Part shown: piece after piece, positions 39,063 through 46,937 of the stretch
Layout: each line of letters starts with the position of its first letter
Position numbering within the stretch: the first letter of the stretch is position 1
Virus record (IMG/VR): IMGVR_UViG_3300035670_000313
Location: 1 to 50,081 of that record
DNA from: a virus
Lineage: Duplodnaviria; Caudoviricetes
Length of the DNA: 50,081 nucleotides
Strand: one strand, 5' to 3'
Translations under genes and position numbers: made by a program
Notes under the pieces: model-generated
The model's input: only the letters and a program-made list of their open reading frames with translations
What the model was told of the DNA's origin: nothing
Databases searched by the model: none

Positions 39063-39323
39063 TCACTTCTGCTCTCCTTTTATTAGCTCGATTAGGTCTG
39101 TGATTGTGTATTGGTCTAGCGGATTGCAGTCATGCTCTTTGCCGTCAGCCTCGCAATCTAGGCTTTTTAGCAGCTTGATAATGCGCTCTTCAGTCTTAGC
39201 AATAATTTTTGCCTCGTATTGTGCCAGCCATAAATCAAAAGCACGCTTAGCAGCCTTGGAGTCGCTAAACTCGCCGCTGTATTCGTCACGCACTTCTTCT
39301 GTGGTGGGTATGTAGTCACTCAC
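39063..39323 (-). CDS. Hypothetical protein
   Basis: Coupled early-region ORF. Confidence 0.55.
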   Translation of the reverse strand: MSDYIPTTEEVRDEYSGEFSDSKAAKRAFDLWLAQYEAKIIAKTEERIIKLLKSLDCEADGKEHDCNPLDQYTITDLIELIKGEQK

Positions 39324-39519
39324 TTCTGCTCTCCTTGCTTATAAGGTAAAGCAGGTTTGCCATCGTGAAGTCGGGCTTACCGCTGTATTGATTTATGATT
39401 TTCACAATGCGGTCATGCTCATGCTTCACGCCTGAGTTGAATGCCCTTGTCGCATTGCCTGCGATAATCTCCTGCAACTGTCCGCTACTTGGGTGCCTTA
39501 GCATTGCTTCCTCAATCAT
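39316..39519 (-). CDS. Hypothetical protein
   Basis: Coupled early-region ORF. Confidence 0.55.
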   Translation of the reverse strand: MIEEAMLRHPSSGQLQEIIAGNATRAFNSGVKHEHDRIVKIINQYSGKPDFTMANLLYLISKESRSE

Positions 39520-39761
39520 AAGTCCTCCAACTCATCACGCTTGCCGTCATCTAGGAATAGCTCTGAATACAACTGCATCACTCGCTCCTCGGCAGAACCG
39601 AATGTCTCAAAGTATTCACGCCCGTTTGTCCTCGGTGCTGTAACCCAAAGGTCTAGCTCCTCGTCCACGCCGAACTCAATCGGCTTGCCAACCTGCTCTG
39701 AGTAAAACTCGGTCAGGTTTGTTGCTGTCTCGTGTAGCTCGAACCATCTATCGTCCCGCAT
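39516..39761 (-). CDS. Hypothetical acidic protein
   Basis: RBS AGGAGG; coupled. Confidence 0.55.
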   Translation of the reverse strand: MRDDRWFELHETATNLTEFYSEQVGKPIEFGVDEELDLWVTAPRTNGREYFETFGSAEERVMQLYSELFLDDGKRDELEDL

Positions 39762-40230
39762 TGATTACCTCCTGTACAACACCTTCTCGATAAAGCACCG
39801 ACTGAACCCATAGGTCTCCGTCAACTGCCGTAATGTTTTCACCGTCTTCATCAATGGTGAATGTCGCTTCGCCTGTCTGTTGGTCAGCGCCGAATGCCAC
39901 GATGCGAACCGCAAGCTGGTCACCGTATCGCACAACTCTGAGTGCGGACTGTGGCACAACGCTTGAATCGTCTACGCCTGCATCCTCAATCAGCTTGCGA
40001 ATCGTACCTGGGTCGGACGAACCATAAGCCATGCCAATCTGCCTAGCCGAATGCCCGTCAACCAAAGCCAATCGAACCGCATCAATCAGCTCGTCGTAAT
40101 ACTCTTTGGTCTCGGCTTCGATGAATGTCTTTAGCTTTTCCTGCGCTACCTTGATAGCTTCTCGGTGCTTAGCTCTGGCTTCGGTAATGGCAGATAGTCT
40201 GCCGGTGTCCTGCTTTGCTACTCTTCCCAT
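39748..40230 (-). CDS. Hypothetical protein with possible HTH
   Basis: GHSARQIGMAYGSSDPGTIRKLI. Confidence 0.55.
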   Translation of the reverse strand: MGRVAKQDTGRLSAITEARAKHREAIKVAQEKLKTFIEAETKEYYDELIDAVRLALVDGHSARQIGMAYGSSDPGTIRKLIEDAGVDDSSVVPQSALRVVRYGDQLAVRIVAFGADQQTGEATFTIDEDGENITAVDGDLWVQSVLYREGVVQEVINAGR

Positions 40231-40442
40231 GCTCCTACCTCCTCAAAGTAGTTGAATGTTTCATCGCACTCTGGGCATCGAACCTCGGTGTCAATCACCT
40301 TGTAGTCGTCAACCCAAAGGTCTTCCTCGAACTCGTGGTCACAAGCTGGGCAATCAAGGACGGTTGCCCTGTCGTAACTGTTGACACCACTGCCCATCCA
40401 CGTGTCTCTCACTAGTAGCTCCTCCATACTTTTAGCGTCCAA
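40218..40442 (-). CDS. Small Zn-ribbon protein
   Basis: CPAC...CPEC. Confidence 0.6.
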   Translation of the reverse strand: MDAKSMEELLVRDTWMGSGVNSYDRATVLDCPACDHEFEEDLWVDDYKVIDTEVRCPECDETFNYFEEVGAWEE

Positions 40443-40861
40443 GTCTTCAGCTTATCATCAAGCAGGAAGTCTGTCAATGCCCGCTCTAGTCGCAAGAACT
40501 GCTCGCTAATCCATTCCTCTGGGTCATCGCTACCGTATTCCAACCCGCTGGCTAGCTCTGGGTCTGTGGCAATCCGTCTTGCCCGTAGGATAGCATCCTC
40601 TAGGTCAGTGCGGTCTAGGTCTAGCTCATACTCGTCCCGCTCAGGGTTGCCTGCCAAATTCCAAAGGAATGAATCAACCGCCTGCGCTCTGTGCCAAGTA
40701 GCAATCGGAATCGTAACCTCAATGTTTGCGGTTGCATTGTGGCGACCACCAATGTCTAGCGGAATCACATCCTCTAGCGCATCGCGGACTCTCTGATAAG
40801 TGTCCTTGTCCAAAAAATCCGACATGTAGTTAGTTGCTCTTAGATAAGTTGATAGTCCCAT
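40412..40861 (-). CDS. Hypothetical protein
   Basis: 149 aa, coupled TAATG start. Confidence 0.6.
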   Translation of the reverse strand: MGLSTYLRATNYMSDFLDKDTYQRVRDALEDVIPLDIGGRHNATANIEVTIPIATWHRAQAVDSFLWNLAGNPERDEYELDLDRTDLEDAILRARRIATDPELASGLEYGSDDPEEWISEQFLRLERALTDFLLDDKLKTWTLKVWRSY

Positions 40862-41193
40862 TAGTTTCCTCCAATTTTGATTTCATACTCTGGCAGTCGC
40901 TCCACCCAGCGAGTCACTCTAGCAGGTGGCTCTCCAATTGTCAAGTAGGTTGAGAACTCGCGGTTTGAGTAGCCCTCCCAATAAGTTCGGATGGTGTCCC
41001 ACTCTTCTGAATCTAGAATGTAAGCCACCACCTCGCGGTTCGCCTTTGCCTTCATCGCAATCTCTAGCGGTCGTCCACTTTTCTTGTCGGTGCGAATGAA
41101 CTCTCCGCCGGCAACGCCTAGCTTGTAAGCCTGTACAACTAGGACATCGTCCTTCACAAAGATGTCAAGTGCGTGTGCTTTAGTTGTTGTCAT
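40861..41193 (-). CDS. Hypothetical protein
   Basis: 110 aa ORF with RBS. Confidence 0.55.
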   Translation of the reverse strand: MTTTKAHALDIFVKDDVLVVQAYKLGVAGGEFIRTDKKSGRPLEIAMKAKANREVVAYILDSEEWDTIRTYWEGYSNREFSTYLTIGEPPARVTRWVERLPEYEIKIGGN

Positions 41194-41441
41194 GTCTAAT
41201 CCTCAATCCACTTGGTGTCATCCAGAATCCAGCGAATCCTGTCGGCTACAATCAAAGCCTCTAGCTCATTGCTCTCAAACATTACTCTGCCCCTCCCTGT
41301 AGTCGCACAACAATCTCATTGATATCCTTGATGGTGTTCTTTATCATCAGTTGGATAATCGCCGAGTATTCCTTCTCCTGCTTGTTCCATAGGTATTGTG
41401 CGTAGTCCTTCAGGTATTGGGCTACACGCTTCTCTTCTTCT

Positions 41442-41822
41442 CTACTCAACATTTGCTACGCTCTTTTCTAGGTTTAGGGTTAGTTTGCGGAATGGTCTGC
41501 GGGTGGTGTCCTGTTCCTCCCACTCGACTACAATGCCGTTCTGGGCTAGGGTCGCAAGGACTCGCTTGCCCGAGTCGTTGAGTTCTCCGTCGTCCTTAGT
41601 CAGGTTGCCATGGTTGAACATCCAATCGCTGTATTCATAGCTGTTGCCCGATACAACATTGCGGTTACCCTGCCCGCCGAAACTCCAGATTACTGGCACC
41701 TCGTCCGCTAGGTCTAGGTTCGCACAACTCTGGCAACATGCCGATACATTGCGCTTGGCTACAATCCCCTGTCGGCGTAGCTGTTTGAATGCGTTGTCTA
41801 ATCTCTTCTCTAGTGTTGTCAT
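41442..41822 (-). CDS. Hypothetical protein with CCxxC motif
   Basis: AFKQLRRQGIVA...ACCQSC; own promoter and RBS AGGAGG. Confidence 0.65.
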   Translation of the reverse strand: MTTLEKRLDNAFKQLRRQGIVAKRNVSACCQSCANLDLADEVPVIWSFGGQGNRNVVSGNSYEYSDWMFNHGNLTKDDGELNDSGKRVLATLAQNGIVVEWEEQDTTRRPFRKLTLNLEKSVANVE

Positions 41823-41850
41823 AATTTCCTCCTTCAGAACCAACATGATG

Positions 41851-41879
41851 ACATTATCAGATTATTTAGTTATTGTCAA
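41851..41879 (-). promoter_or_regulatory. SigA-type promoter
   Basis: TTGACA-17-TAATGT with TG extension. Confidence 0.7.
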
Positions 41880-42181
41880 GCCACTCGGAATAAACCTCTG
41901 TGCCTTGTATAAAGTCAATCGTATTCACAATTGCCCCATAGTATCCCGCGTCATAGGCGCTTGGTTTGCGGTTTGCTTCTAAGGTCTTGCGCTCTTGCTC
42001 TAGCCATTTGATTAGGTCTTCCATCAGTCCTCCCAATCCTCCACGCCCGCAACCTCGCCGTCGAACTCTGAGATAATCCCGCGAATCCTGTCAATCGCGT
42101 TGTGTCCAATCGCAAACGCTTCGTCCTCAGACTCGGCTTCGACAATCAACCATGTTGATAGGTCTACATTGTATTTAGGCA

Positions 42182-42451
42182 TTAGTCCTCCTCTATCTCA
42201 ATCCACGCATCTAGGTGGTGTGCTTCGACAATAGCACTTGCGGGTGCCGTTGTCAAGCCCCTGTAACTTACCCCTATTGGCAAGTCAATCTTGCGGTGCC
42301 AATCAAGTTCGTGGAATGCTTCAATCGCATTCTTACAAACCTCTACCATCTCCAACGGAATCGGCGGATAGTGGTTGACTCTCAAATGGTAGGCTAGTGC
42401 TTCGTCAATCGGTAGTGCTTCCGCTATCGCCATTGCTGTCATGCTTCCCAT
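42182..42451 (-). CDS. Hypothetical protein
   Basis: HLRVNHYPP...HHLDAW; RBS GGAGG. Confidence 0.6.
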   Translation of the reverse strand: MGSMTAMAIAEALPIDEALAYHLRVNHYPPIPLEMVEVCKNAIEAFHELDWHRKIDLPIGVSYRGLTTAPASAIVEAHHLDAWIEIEED

Positions 42452-42657
42452 TAGTCCTCCTCTATAACCCTAAACTCAAATCCATTATCGCCTTCTTGTT
42501 TGGCTCTCTCAAACTCTTCCTCGCTCTCAAAGTAGTAGAACACTCTGCTGTCGTCCTCCTCGCTTAGCGGGTCGAATGGTTCATCAATCGCAACCTTGGT
42601 GGCAATCGGTGTATCGCCGTCATGCCATTGAATCAGAACATCAACTAGGTAACTCAC
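42451..42657 (-). CDS. Hypothetical acidic protein
   Basis: Coupled ORF, probable GTG start. Confidence 0.5.
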   Translation of the reverse strand: MSYLVDVLIQWHDGDTPIATKVAIDEPFDPLSEEDDSRVFYYFESEEEFERAKQEGDNGFEFRVIEED

Positions 42658-43016
42658 TAGTAAACCTCCGCCCAAACATAGCCATTCTCGCTTCGGTAAA
42701 AGTCATGGCGCAAGTTCTTGTCCCATGTCTTCTCCCAATCCACCTCTAGGTAAGTTTGAATGGTGGACTCGGTGTCATAGTTCTCAAAGTAGAACTTAGC
42801 AAAGTCCGCGGTTGAATCGTGTTGCCCGTAGTAGCTGTCGGTCTCCCACTCAATCCACTTTTCTAGGTTCTCGCGGATTACCTCTAGTCGCTCTGGCTCT
42901 GTGCTGTAATTGCCAACCAACCCGACATAGTCGGCTAGTCGGTCGAAATCCTCATGCTCTAGCCCTAGCTCTTCGGCTACTAGCTCTAGCTCTTCTGCGG
43001 TTGCGTGAATAAACAT
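42657..43016 (-). CDS. ArdA-like acidic anti-restriction (DNA mimic) candidate
   Basis: YYGQHDS.ADFA...Y.EVDWEK.....D.Y...GYVW; very acidic; own promoter. Confidence 0.55.
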   Translation of the reverse strand: MFIHATAEELELVAEELGLEHEDFDRLADYVGLVGNYSTEPERLEVIRENLEKWIEWETDSYYGQHDSTADFAKFYFENYDTESTIQTYLEVDWEKTWDKNLRHDFYRSENGYVWAEVY

Positions 43017-43043
43017 TTTGCCCTCCTCTTGGCTTGTGTTATG

Positions 43044-43072
43044 AAGCTACCATACTTTTTCTATTTTGTCAA
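43044..43072 (-). promoter_or_regulatory. SigA-type promoter
   Basis: TTGACA-17-TAGCTT with TG extension. Confidence 0.65.
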
Positions 43073-43663
43073 ATTGGCTTGAAAATACCTCGCGGACATC
43101 TAGCAAATCCTCCACCTCGTAATCGGTGCGGACTAGTACTTGCCAGATAGCCTGTCCCTTGGTTCTCGCCATCTCGGCGAACCCAACTGTCTGCCCGTCC
43201 CTCCTAAAGGCTAGGCTGTAGTTCTTCAAGGCAATCCTCGGTCGCGTAGTTGTGCTGTGTTATCTTCGCACAAGTGTGGCAGAATCTCAAATACATTATG
43301 CCAACCTCACAAATAGGTCGCCTAGTGCCTTCCGGTCACGCTCTAGCTTTTGGACTAGGTCGTCCTCGCGCGGCAATCCCTCGCCAACCAACTCTAGAAT
43401 CTTGCGCTCTACTAGCCATTGTGCGTGTAACAAGGCGTTGTACTCGTCCTTGGTCAATCCTCTACTCATTGGTATCCTCCTCGGTCTTGGTCTTGGTTGC
43501 CTTCGGTTTGTCCTCGGTCACCTTCGGAACTGTCTGAACCCAATAGACATGCTCTGGCAAATCTATGTCGGGATTATTTAGGACTCGGCGCAACCAAAAG
43601 TCCGCCTCTAGCCCGCCGTTGTCGGTCTGTGGGTCTAGCTCTACGCTGTAAGTAATTAGGTAT

Positions 43664-43948
43664 TTAGCCAATTCGAACCTCCCGCTTGTTGGCGTTATCC
43701 CAAATCGCAATCTGTTGCCAAAGCGCAGCCAACATTGTCGCCCTTGTCAAGTTGCGGACTAGGCGTGTCTTGTCGAACCAAACCGTACCCGTTTCTGAAT
43801 CCGTCCAAACGCCAACCACCATGCCAGACTCTAGTTCGGTTGGGTGAACAACCTTTTCTGCCACCCAATAGCCGTCATTCATGGTAATCGGGAGGAATCT
43901 CCCGTTTTGGTATAGGTAAGTTCCGTCTTGTAGTTTTGGCAATTTCAT
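43664..43948 (-). CDS. Hypothetical protein
   Basis: MKLPKL..VGVWTD.ETG.VWFD...QIAIWD; RBS GGAGG. Confidence 0.55.
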   Translation of the reverse strand: MKLPKLQDGTYLYQNGRFLPITMNDGYWVAEKVVHPTELESGMVVGVWTDSETGTVWFDKTRLVRNLTRATMLAALWQQIAIWDNANKREVRIG

Positions 43949-44130
43949 TAGTTGTCCTCCCAATAGGCTAGTTCCGTCCCGCAAGTCTGGCAGACTTCGG
44001 GTGTGTAAAGTTCGTGACATCCATACCATCCATTGTAGTTGTCGCTAAACTTGGCGCAACTATCCGAACAAAAATACTCAAGGTCAATCAAGTCGCCGTT
44101 AGCGTCTTCGATTAGATTTACATTAGCCAT
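43948..44130 (-). CDS. Small Cys-rich protein
   Basis: FCSDSC...CQTC; RBS GGAGGAGG. Confidence 0.6.
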   Translation of the reverse strand: MANVNLIEDANGDLIDLEYFCSDSCAKFSDNYNGWYGCHELYTPEVCQTCGTELAYWEDN

Positions 44131-44155
44131 TAGTTCCTCCTCCGAACTTGTATTG

Positions 44156-44209
44156 ACATTATAAAAGATTTGAATCCTTGTCAAGTTAGTTTGATAACAA
44201 TTTGGTAAC
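44156..44209 (-). promoter_or_regulatory. SigA promoter with upstream GTTAC-n6-GTTAT box
   Basis: TTGACA-17-TAATGT; box at 44194-44209. Confidence 0.65.
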
Positions 44210-44218
44210 AAACTTGTT

Positions 44219-44255
44219 TGTAGGTTTTCTACAATCGTTTTGTAGGTTTTCTACA
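44219..44255. repeat. Tandem palindromic 15-mers in AT-rich region
   Basis: TGTAGGTTTTCTACA at 44219 and 44241. Confidence 0.8.
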
Positions 44256-44539
44256 TATGAAATTGTGAATTGTTTTATATAACATAATCCGAATTGTGTT
44301 ATAAATCTATCTTTTAGATGGATACCTAACAAGTAGCCACCTAACACTATTCGGCGTTGTCTGAGAGTTGGCTGGGAAAAATCGAAGGATTTTGCCCGCG
44401 ACACGCCGTAAAAATTCCAAATCTCAGAACGCGTTTAGTAAATAATATTATGTATTATTATAAAATAATAAAACATAATGTAATGGGAGGGGGGTGTCGG
44501 CTAAAAGTGTGAAAATTAGTCTAGCCCCCCTAGACAAAA

Positions 44540-44665
44540 CTAGTCCTCGAATTCTGTAACTTCGATTAGCAACTTCTGAATCCGCGACACCTTCTCGCGG
44601 TGTTCTTGTGAATCTTCCGCATAGAATAGTGTTGCTAGGTAATCGAACACTTGTTCGGTTGTCAT
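44540..44665 (-). CDS. 41-aa early protein (not in ORF track)
   Basis: AGGAGG RBS, MTTEQVFDYLATLFY...; promoter at 44699-44728. Confidence 0.55.
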   Translation of the reverse strand: MTTEQVFDYLATLFYAEDSQEHREKVSRIQKLLIEVTEFED

Positions 44666-44698
44666 TCCGTCCTCCTGTTTGTTTCGGTGACAAGTAAG

Positions 44699-45130
44699 AC
44701 GCTACACCATACGGGAGGGTTGTGTCAAGTTGAAACGCCAAATTGTTTATAACAAAATCGTTATCGAAATCCCCTTGACAACTAGCCTTCGATAGTGTAT
44801 AACCGCGCGGGCGGGTGCGGGTGCGAGAATCCTAGTCCCTAGTGGCTATCTTGTCAAATCCATGGGATACCTCTAAAACGCCCTAGAATCGAATCTGGCG
44901 GGAGATAGTGCCGTTAGCATAGAATCACCTTAGGGCGGTCGAGTTCGCCCGTTAGCGGGCGTTACCAAATCGTTATAAAACACCCCTTGACAACGGAACC
45001 GAAAAGTGCTAGACTAGATAGAGGGTCGGCGCTCGCAGATTTTGGGCAGGGGTGGATTATCCGGTTCCCGTTTGGGAGGCACACCGGCTACCTCTGTGCT
45101 AACTCTAGCAAACTTTTTTTGAGTTGTCAA
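44699..45130. promoter_or_regulatory. Cluster of five SigA-type promoters in alternating orientation
   Basis: TTGACA at 44723-28(-), 44775-80(+), 44852-57(-), 44987-92(+), 45125-30(-), each with a TAnnn(T/C) 17-18 bp away. Confidence 0.65.
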
Positions 45131-45374
45131 GTATCTGGTCGAATCTGGTGCCAGTTCGGGACTCGCACCCGAATGTCTGCTTGTCTGGCTGTTGTGCTAG
45201 AGGGTGGTACCCGATAGCGCCATCGCCATGGTGACGATGAAGAATGCCATTGCTAGATAGTAGCTCATTTGCTTACCTTTACTTTAGTTGTCTGGTATTT
45301 GGCTTGTCTGGCGTTTCTTAGGTGAATCGCCTTTAGTTTGGAATCTAGTGTCCGCTTAGAGTCTGGTCGCGCCA

Positions 45375-45626
45375 TTATGCCCACGCCCTCTCGCTAGCCT
45401 TTAGTGGCTTTAGCCCTAGGGTTCTACGGATTAGCCCTTGGTGCTTGCTAGTTGTCACCGAATACTTGCGAGAGTCTAGTTCCCAGCCGCCCTGATAGAA
45501 CCACGCTATTGGCGTGTTGTAGCTGAAAATTACATAAGTTTCGCCGTTCTGGTAACCGAACATAGTGTTACCGCGGAAGTTCTCGCGGTTGCGAATCTTT
45601 TGCTCAATAGTCTTGTAGTTGTCCAA
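45375..45626 (-). CDS. Hypothetical phage protein
   Basis: SYNTPIA...YSVTTSKHQ; RBS AGGAGG, TTG start. Confidence 0.65.
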   Translation of the reverse strand: MDNYKTIEQKIRNRENFRGNTMFGYQNGETYVIFSYNTPIAWFYQGGWELDSRKYSVTTSKHQGLIRRTLGLKPLKASERAWA

Positions 45627-45662
45627 TTGTTCCTCCTGTTTAGGTTACGGCGCTCGCCGTAG

Positions 45663-45708
45663 TGACTAGGGGAGGAATCGAACCTCCCCTAAGGCTCCAG
45701 CCCTAGTC
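45663..45708 (-). ncRNA. tRNA-like RNA 3 (acceptor + T-arm only)
   Basis: GACTAGG/CCTAGTC-A and GGAGG-TTCGATT-CCTCC, 14-nt linker. Confidence 0.7.
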
Positions 45709-45774
45709 TGCCGAGTAATCGCCCGATGCGATTAGTTCCGCTAGCAAGTCTTCAATGTCTAGATAGTCTTCCAT
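45703..45774 (-). CDS. 23-aa acidic peptide
   Basis: MEDYLDIEDLLAELIASGDYSAD; coupled by TAATG to upstream ORF. Confidence 0.4.
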   Translation of the reverse strand: MEDYLDIEDLLAELIASGDYSAD

Positions 45775-45920
45775 TAGAGTCTAACCCCGTTTCTTTTGCT
45801 AGCGCAATCCTCGCAAGCCCAAAGCATACCCCAAGGCTCTCCATTTTCGAACATAGCATAGTAGCCAGTTGCGGGGTGCTTGTCGTTTCCAAAACTACAA
45901 GTTGTCTCAGTTTCGAACAT
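45774..45920 (-). CDS. 48-aa Cys/His protein, first gene of early arm
   Basis: MFETETTCSFGNDKHPA...WACEDCA; TTGACA at 45985-90 upstream. Confidence 0.5.
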   Translation of the reverse strand: MFETETTCSFGNDKHPATGYYAMFENGEPWGMLWACEDCASKRNGVRL

Positions 45921-46112
45921 TTGTTCTATCCGTTTCCGTTCGGCGTTTCCGAACTGAGATAACTCAAGCAGACATTTCCCAGGTTGTCAAGCACAAAAGC
46001 GTTCCAAACAAATATTTTTATTCGCATGGGGGTGCGGATTTGGGCGGGCTCACCACCGTGTGAACTTCGGCGATGATTTGAACTTTTCGGATTTCTGTGT
46101 TATAATACTTCC

Positions 46113-46208
46113 GGCGACTACTGGCCTTGCTCCGGACGGAGCGAGGCTGGGGTCTATATCCACCCTTCGCCCCAACGGGCCCGTACAGGAGTAGTGCAGT
46201 GCGGGCCC
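46113..46208 (+). ncRNA. Candidate structured RNA
   Basis: TGT-TATAAT at 46098-46106; 13-bp and 10-bp hairpins; next gene has its own promoter. Confidence 0.5.
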
Positions 46209-46243
46209 CCTAAAATCTTCTACACATCTGCTAAGATGTTTGC

Positions 46244-46480
46244 ATGAGCGAAATCATTGTGTCCATGTCCGGCATAGGGCAATACTCCCTAGACCTAAGC
46301 ATTGCTGACCCAGGGGTAGAGGACAACTCCGTCGAGGTCTGGCGAGCCATCTTCACCGACAAAGAGGACGGCGAGAAGTGGGAAGTCTACTTCGAGATGA
46401 GCCCTGACTACGAAGTCTGGGACCTAATAGACGAGGCCATCACCGCATATCGTGATTCGCTAGACCCATTGGAGGAATAA
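46244..46480 (+). CDS. Hypothetical acidic protein (leaderless)
   Basis: TGC-TAAGAT 6 nt before ATG. Confidence 0.6.
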   Translation: MSEIIVSMSGIGQYSLDLSIADPGVEDNSVEVWRAIFTDKEDGEKWEVYFEMSPDYEVWDLIDEAITAYRDSLDPLEE

Positions 46481-46674
46481 TGGACTTTGCACACTGGATT
46501 GAATACGGCATTAAAGAGGGCTTTTGCACCGCTGTGTACTGCGATACGCACGATGGAATCCCCGTAACGAACGCTGAGCTTGAAATGTGGGACCAGGGAG
46601 AGGACCCTTGCCACCACTCTGTGCGCCTGATTGCAGGCATCGAAGAGCTGAAAGAATTGGCTAGAAAAAACTAA
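46480..46674 (+). CDS. Hypothetical protein
   Basis: W..YGI..GFC...YCDTHDG.P.......GEDPC. Confidence 0.6.
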   Translation: MDFAHWIEYGIKEGFCTAVYCDTHDGIPVTNAELEMWDQGEDPCHHSVRLIAGIEELKELARKN

Positions 46675-46733
46675 TCTGGTAAAAATCCAGATTAAAAAAA
46701 ATTTTTTGTATTTTAAAACGAAACGGACTTTAT

Positions 46734-46937
46734 ATGTCAAGAGGACTTACGGAACAATTAACCCCAGAGGAAAGCCACGGCCCAAAGGTTGAGGAGCTTG
46801 AGCAGGCAGTTGAGGAGCTTTACAGCCTGGTCGGTGTGCTCTATGCGAAGCTAGACACGGTTGAGAAGGTCCTGGGCCACGCAGTTGACCTGCCTGAGCA
46901 AGAAGCACTAGACCGCAAGAGAGTGAACGGGCTTTAA
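46734..46937 (+). CDS. Hypothetical coiled-coil protein
   Basis: Coupled to next gene. Confidence 0.5.
   Translation: MSRGLTEQLTPEESHGPKVEELEQAVEELYSLVGVLYAKLDTVEKVLGHAVDLPEQEALDRKRVNGL

Noticed and set aside
44879-44937. Fourth tRNA-like element (CGCCCTA/TAGGGCG with TTCGATT on -)
   Set aside because: A T-stem cannot form without invading the acceptor stem; at most a degenerate copy.
44186-45217. ORFs 44186-44404, 44448-44741 and 44987-45217
   Set aside because: They run across promoter and repeat elements, lack an RBS, and one starts at the TTG of a -35 box.
46673-46707. Hairpin TAATCTGG/CCAGATTA plus A/T tract as a pac or cos site
   Set aside because: The position near terminase is suggestive, but sequence alone cannot support it; read-end data are needed.
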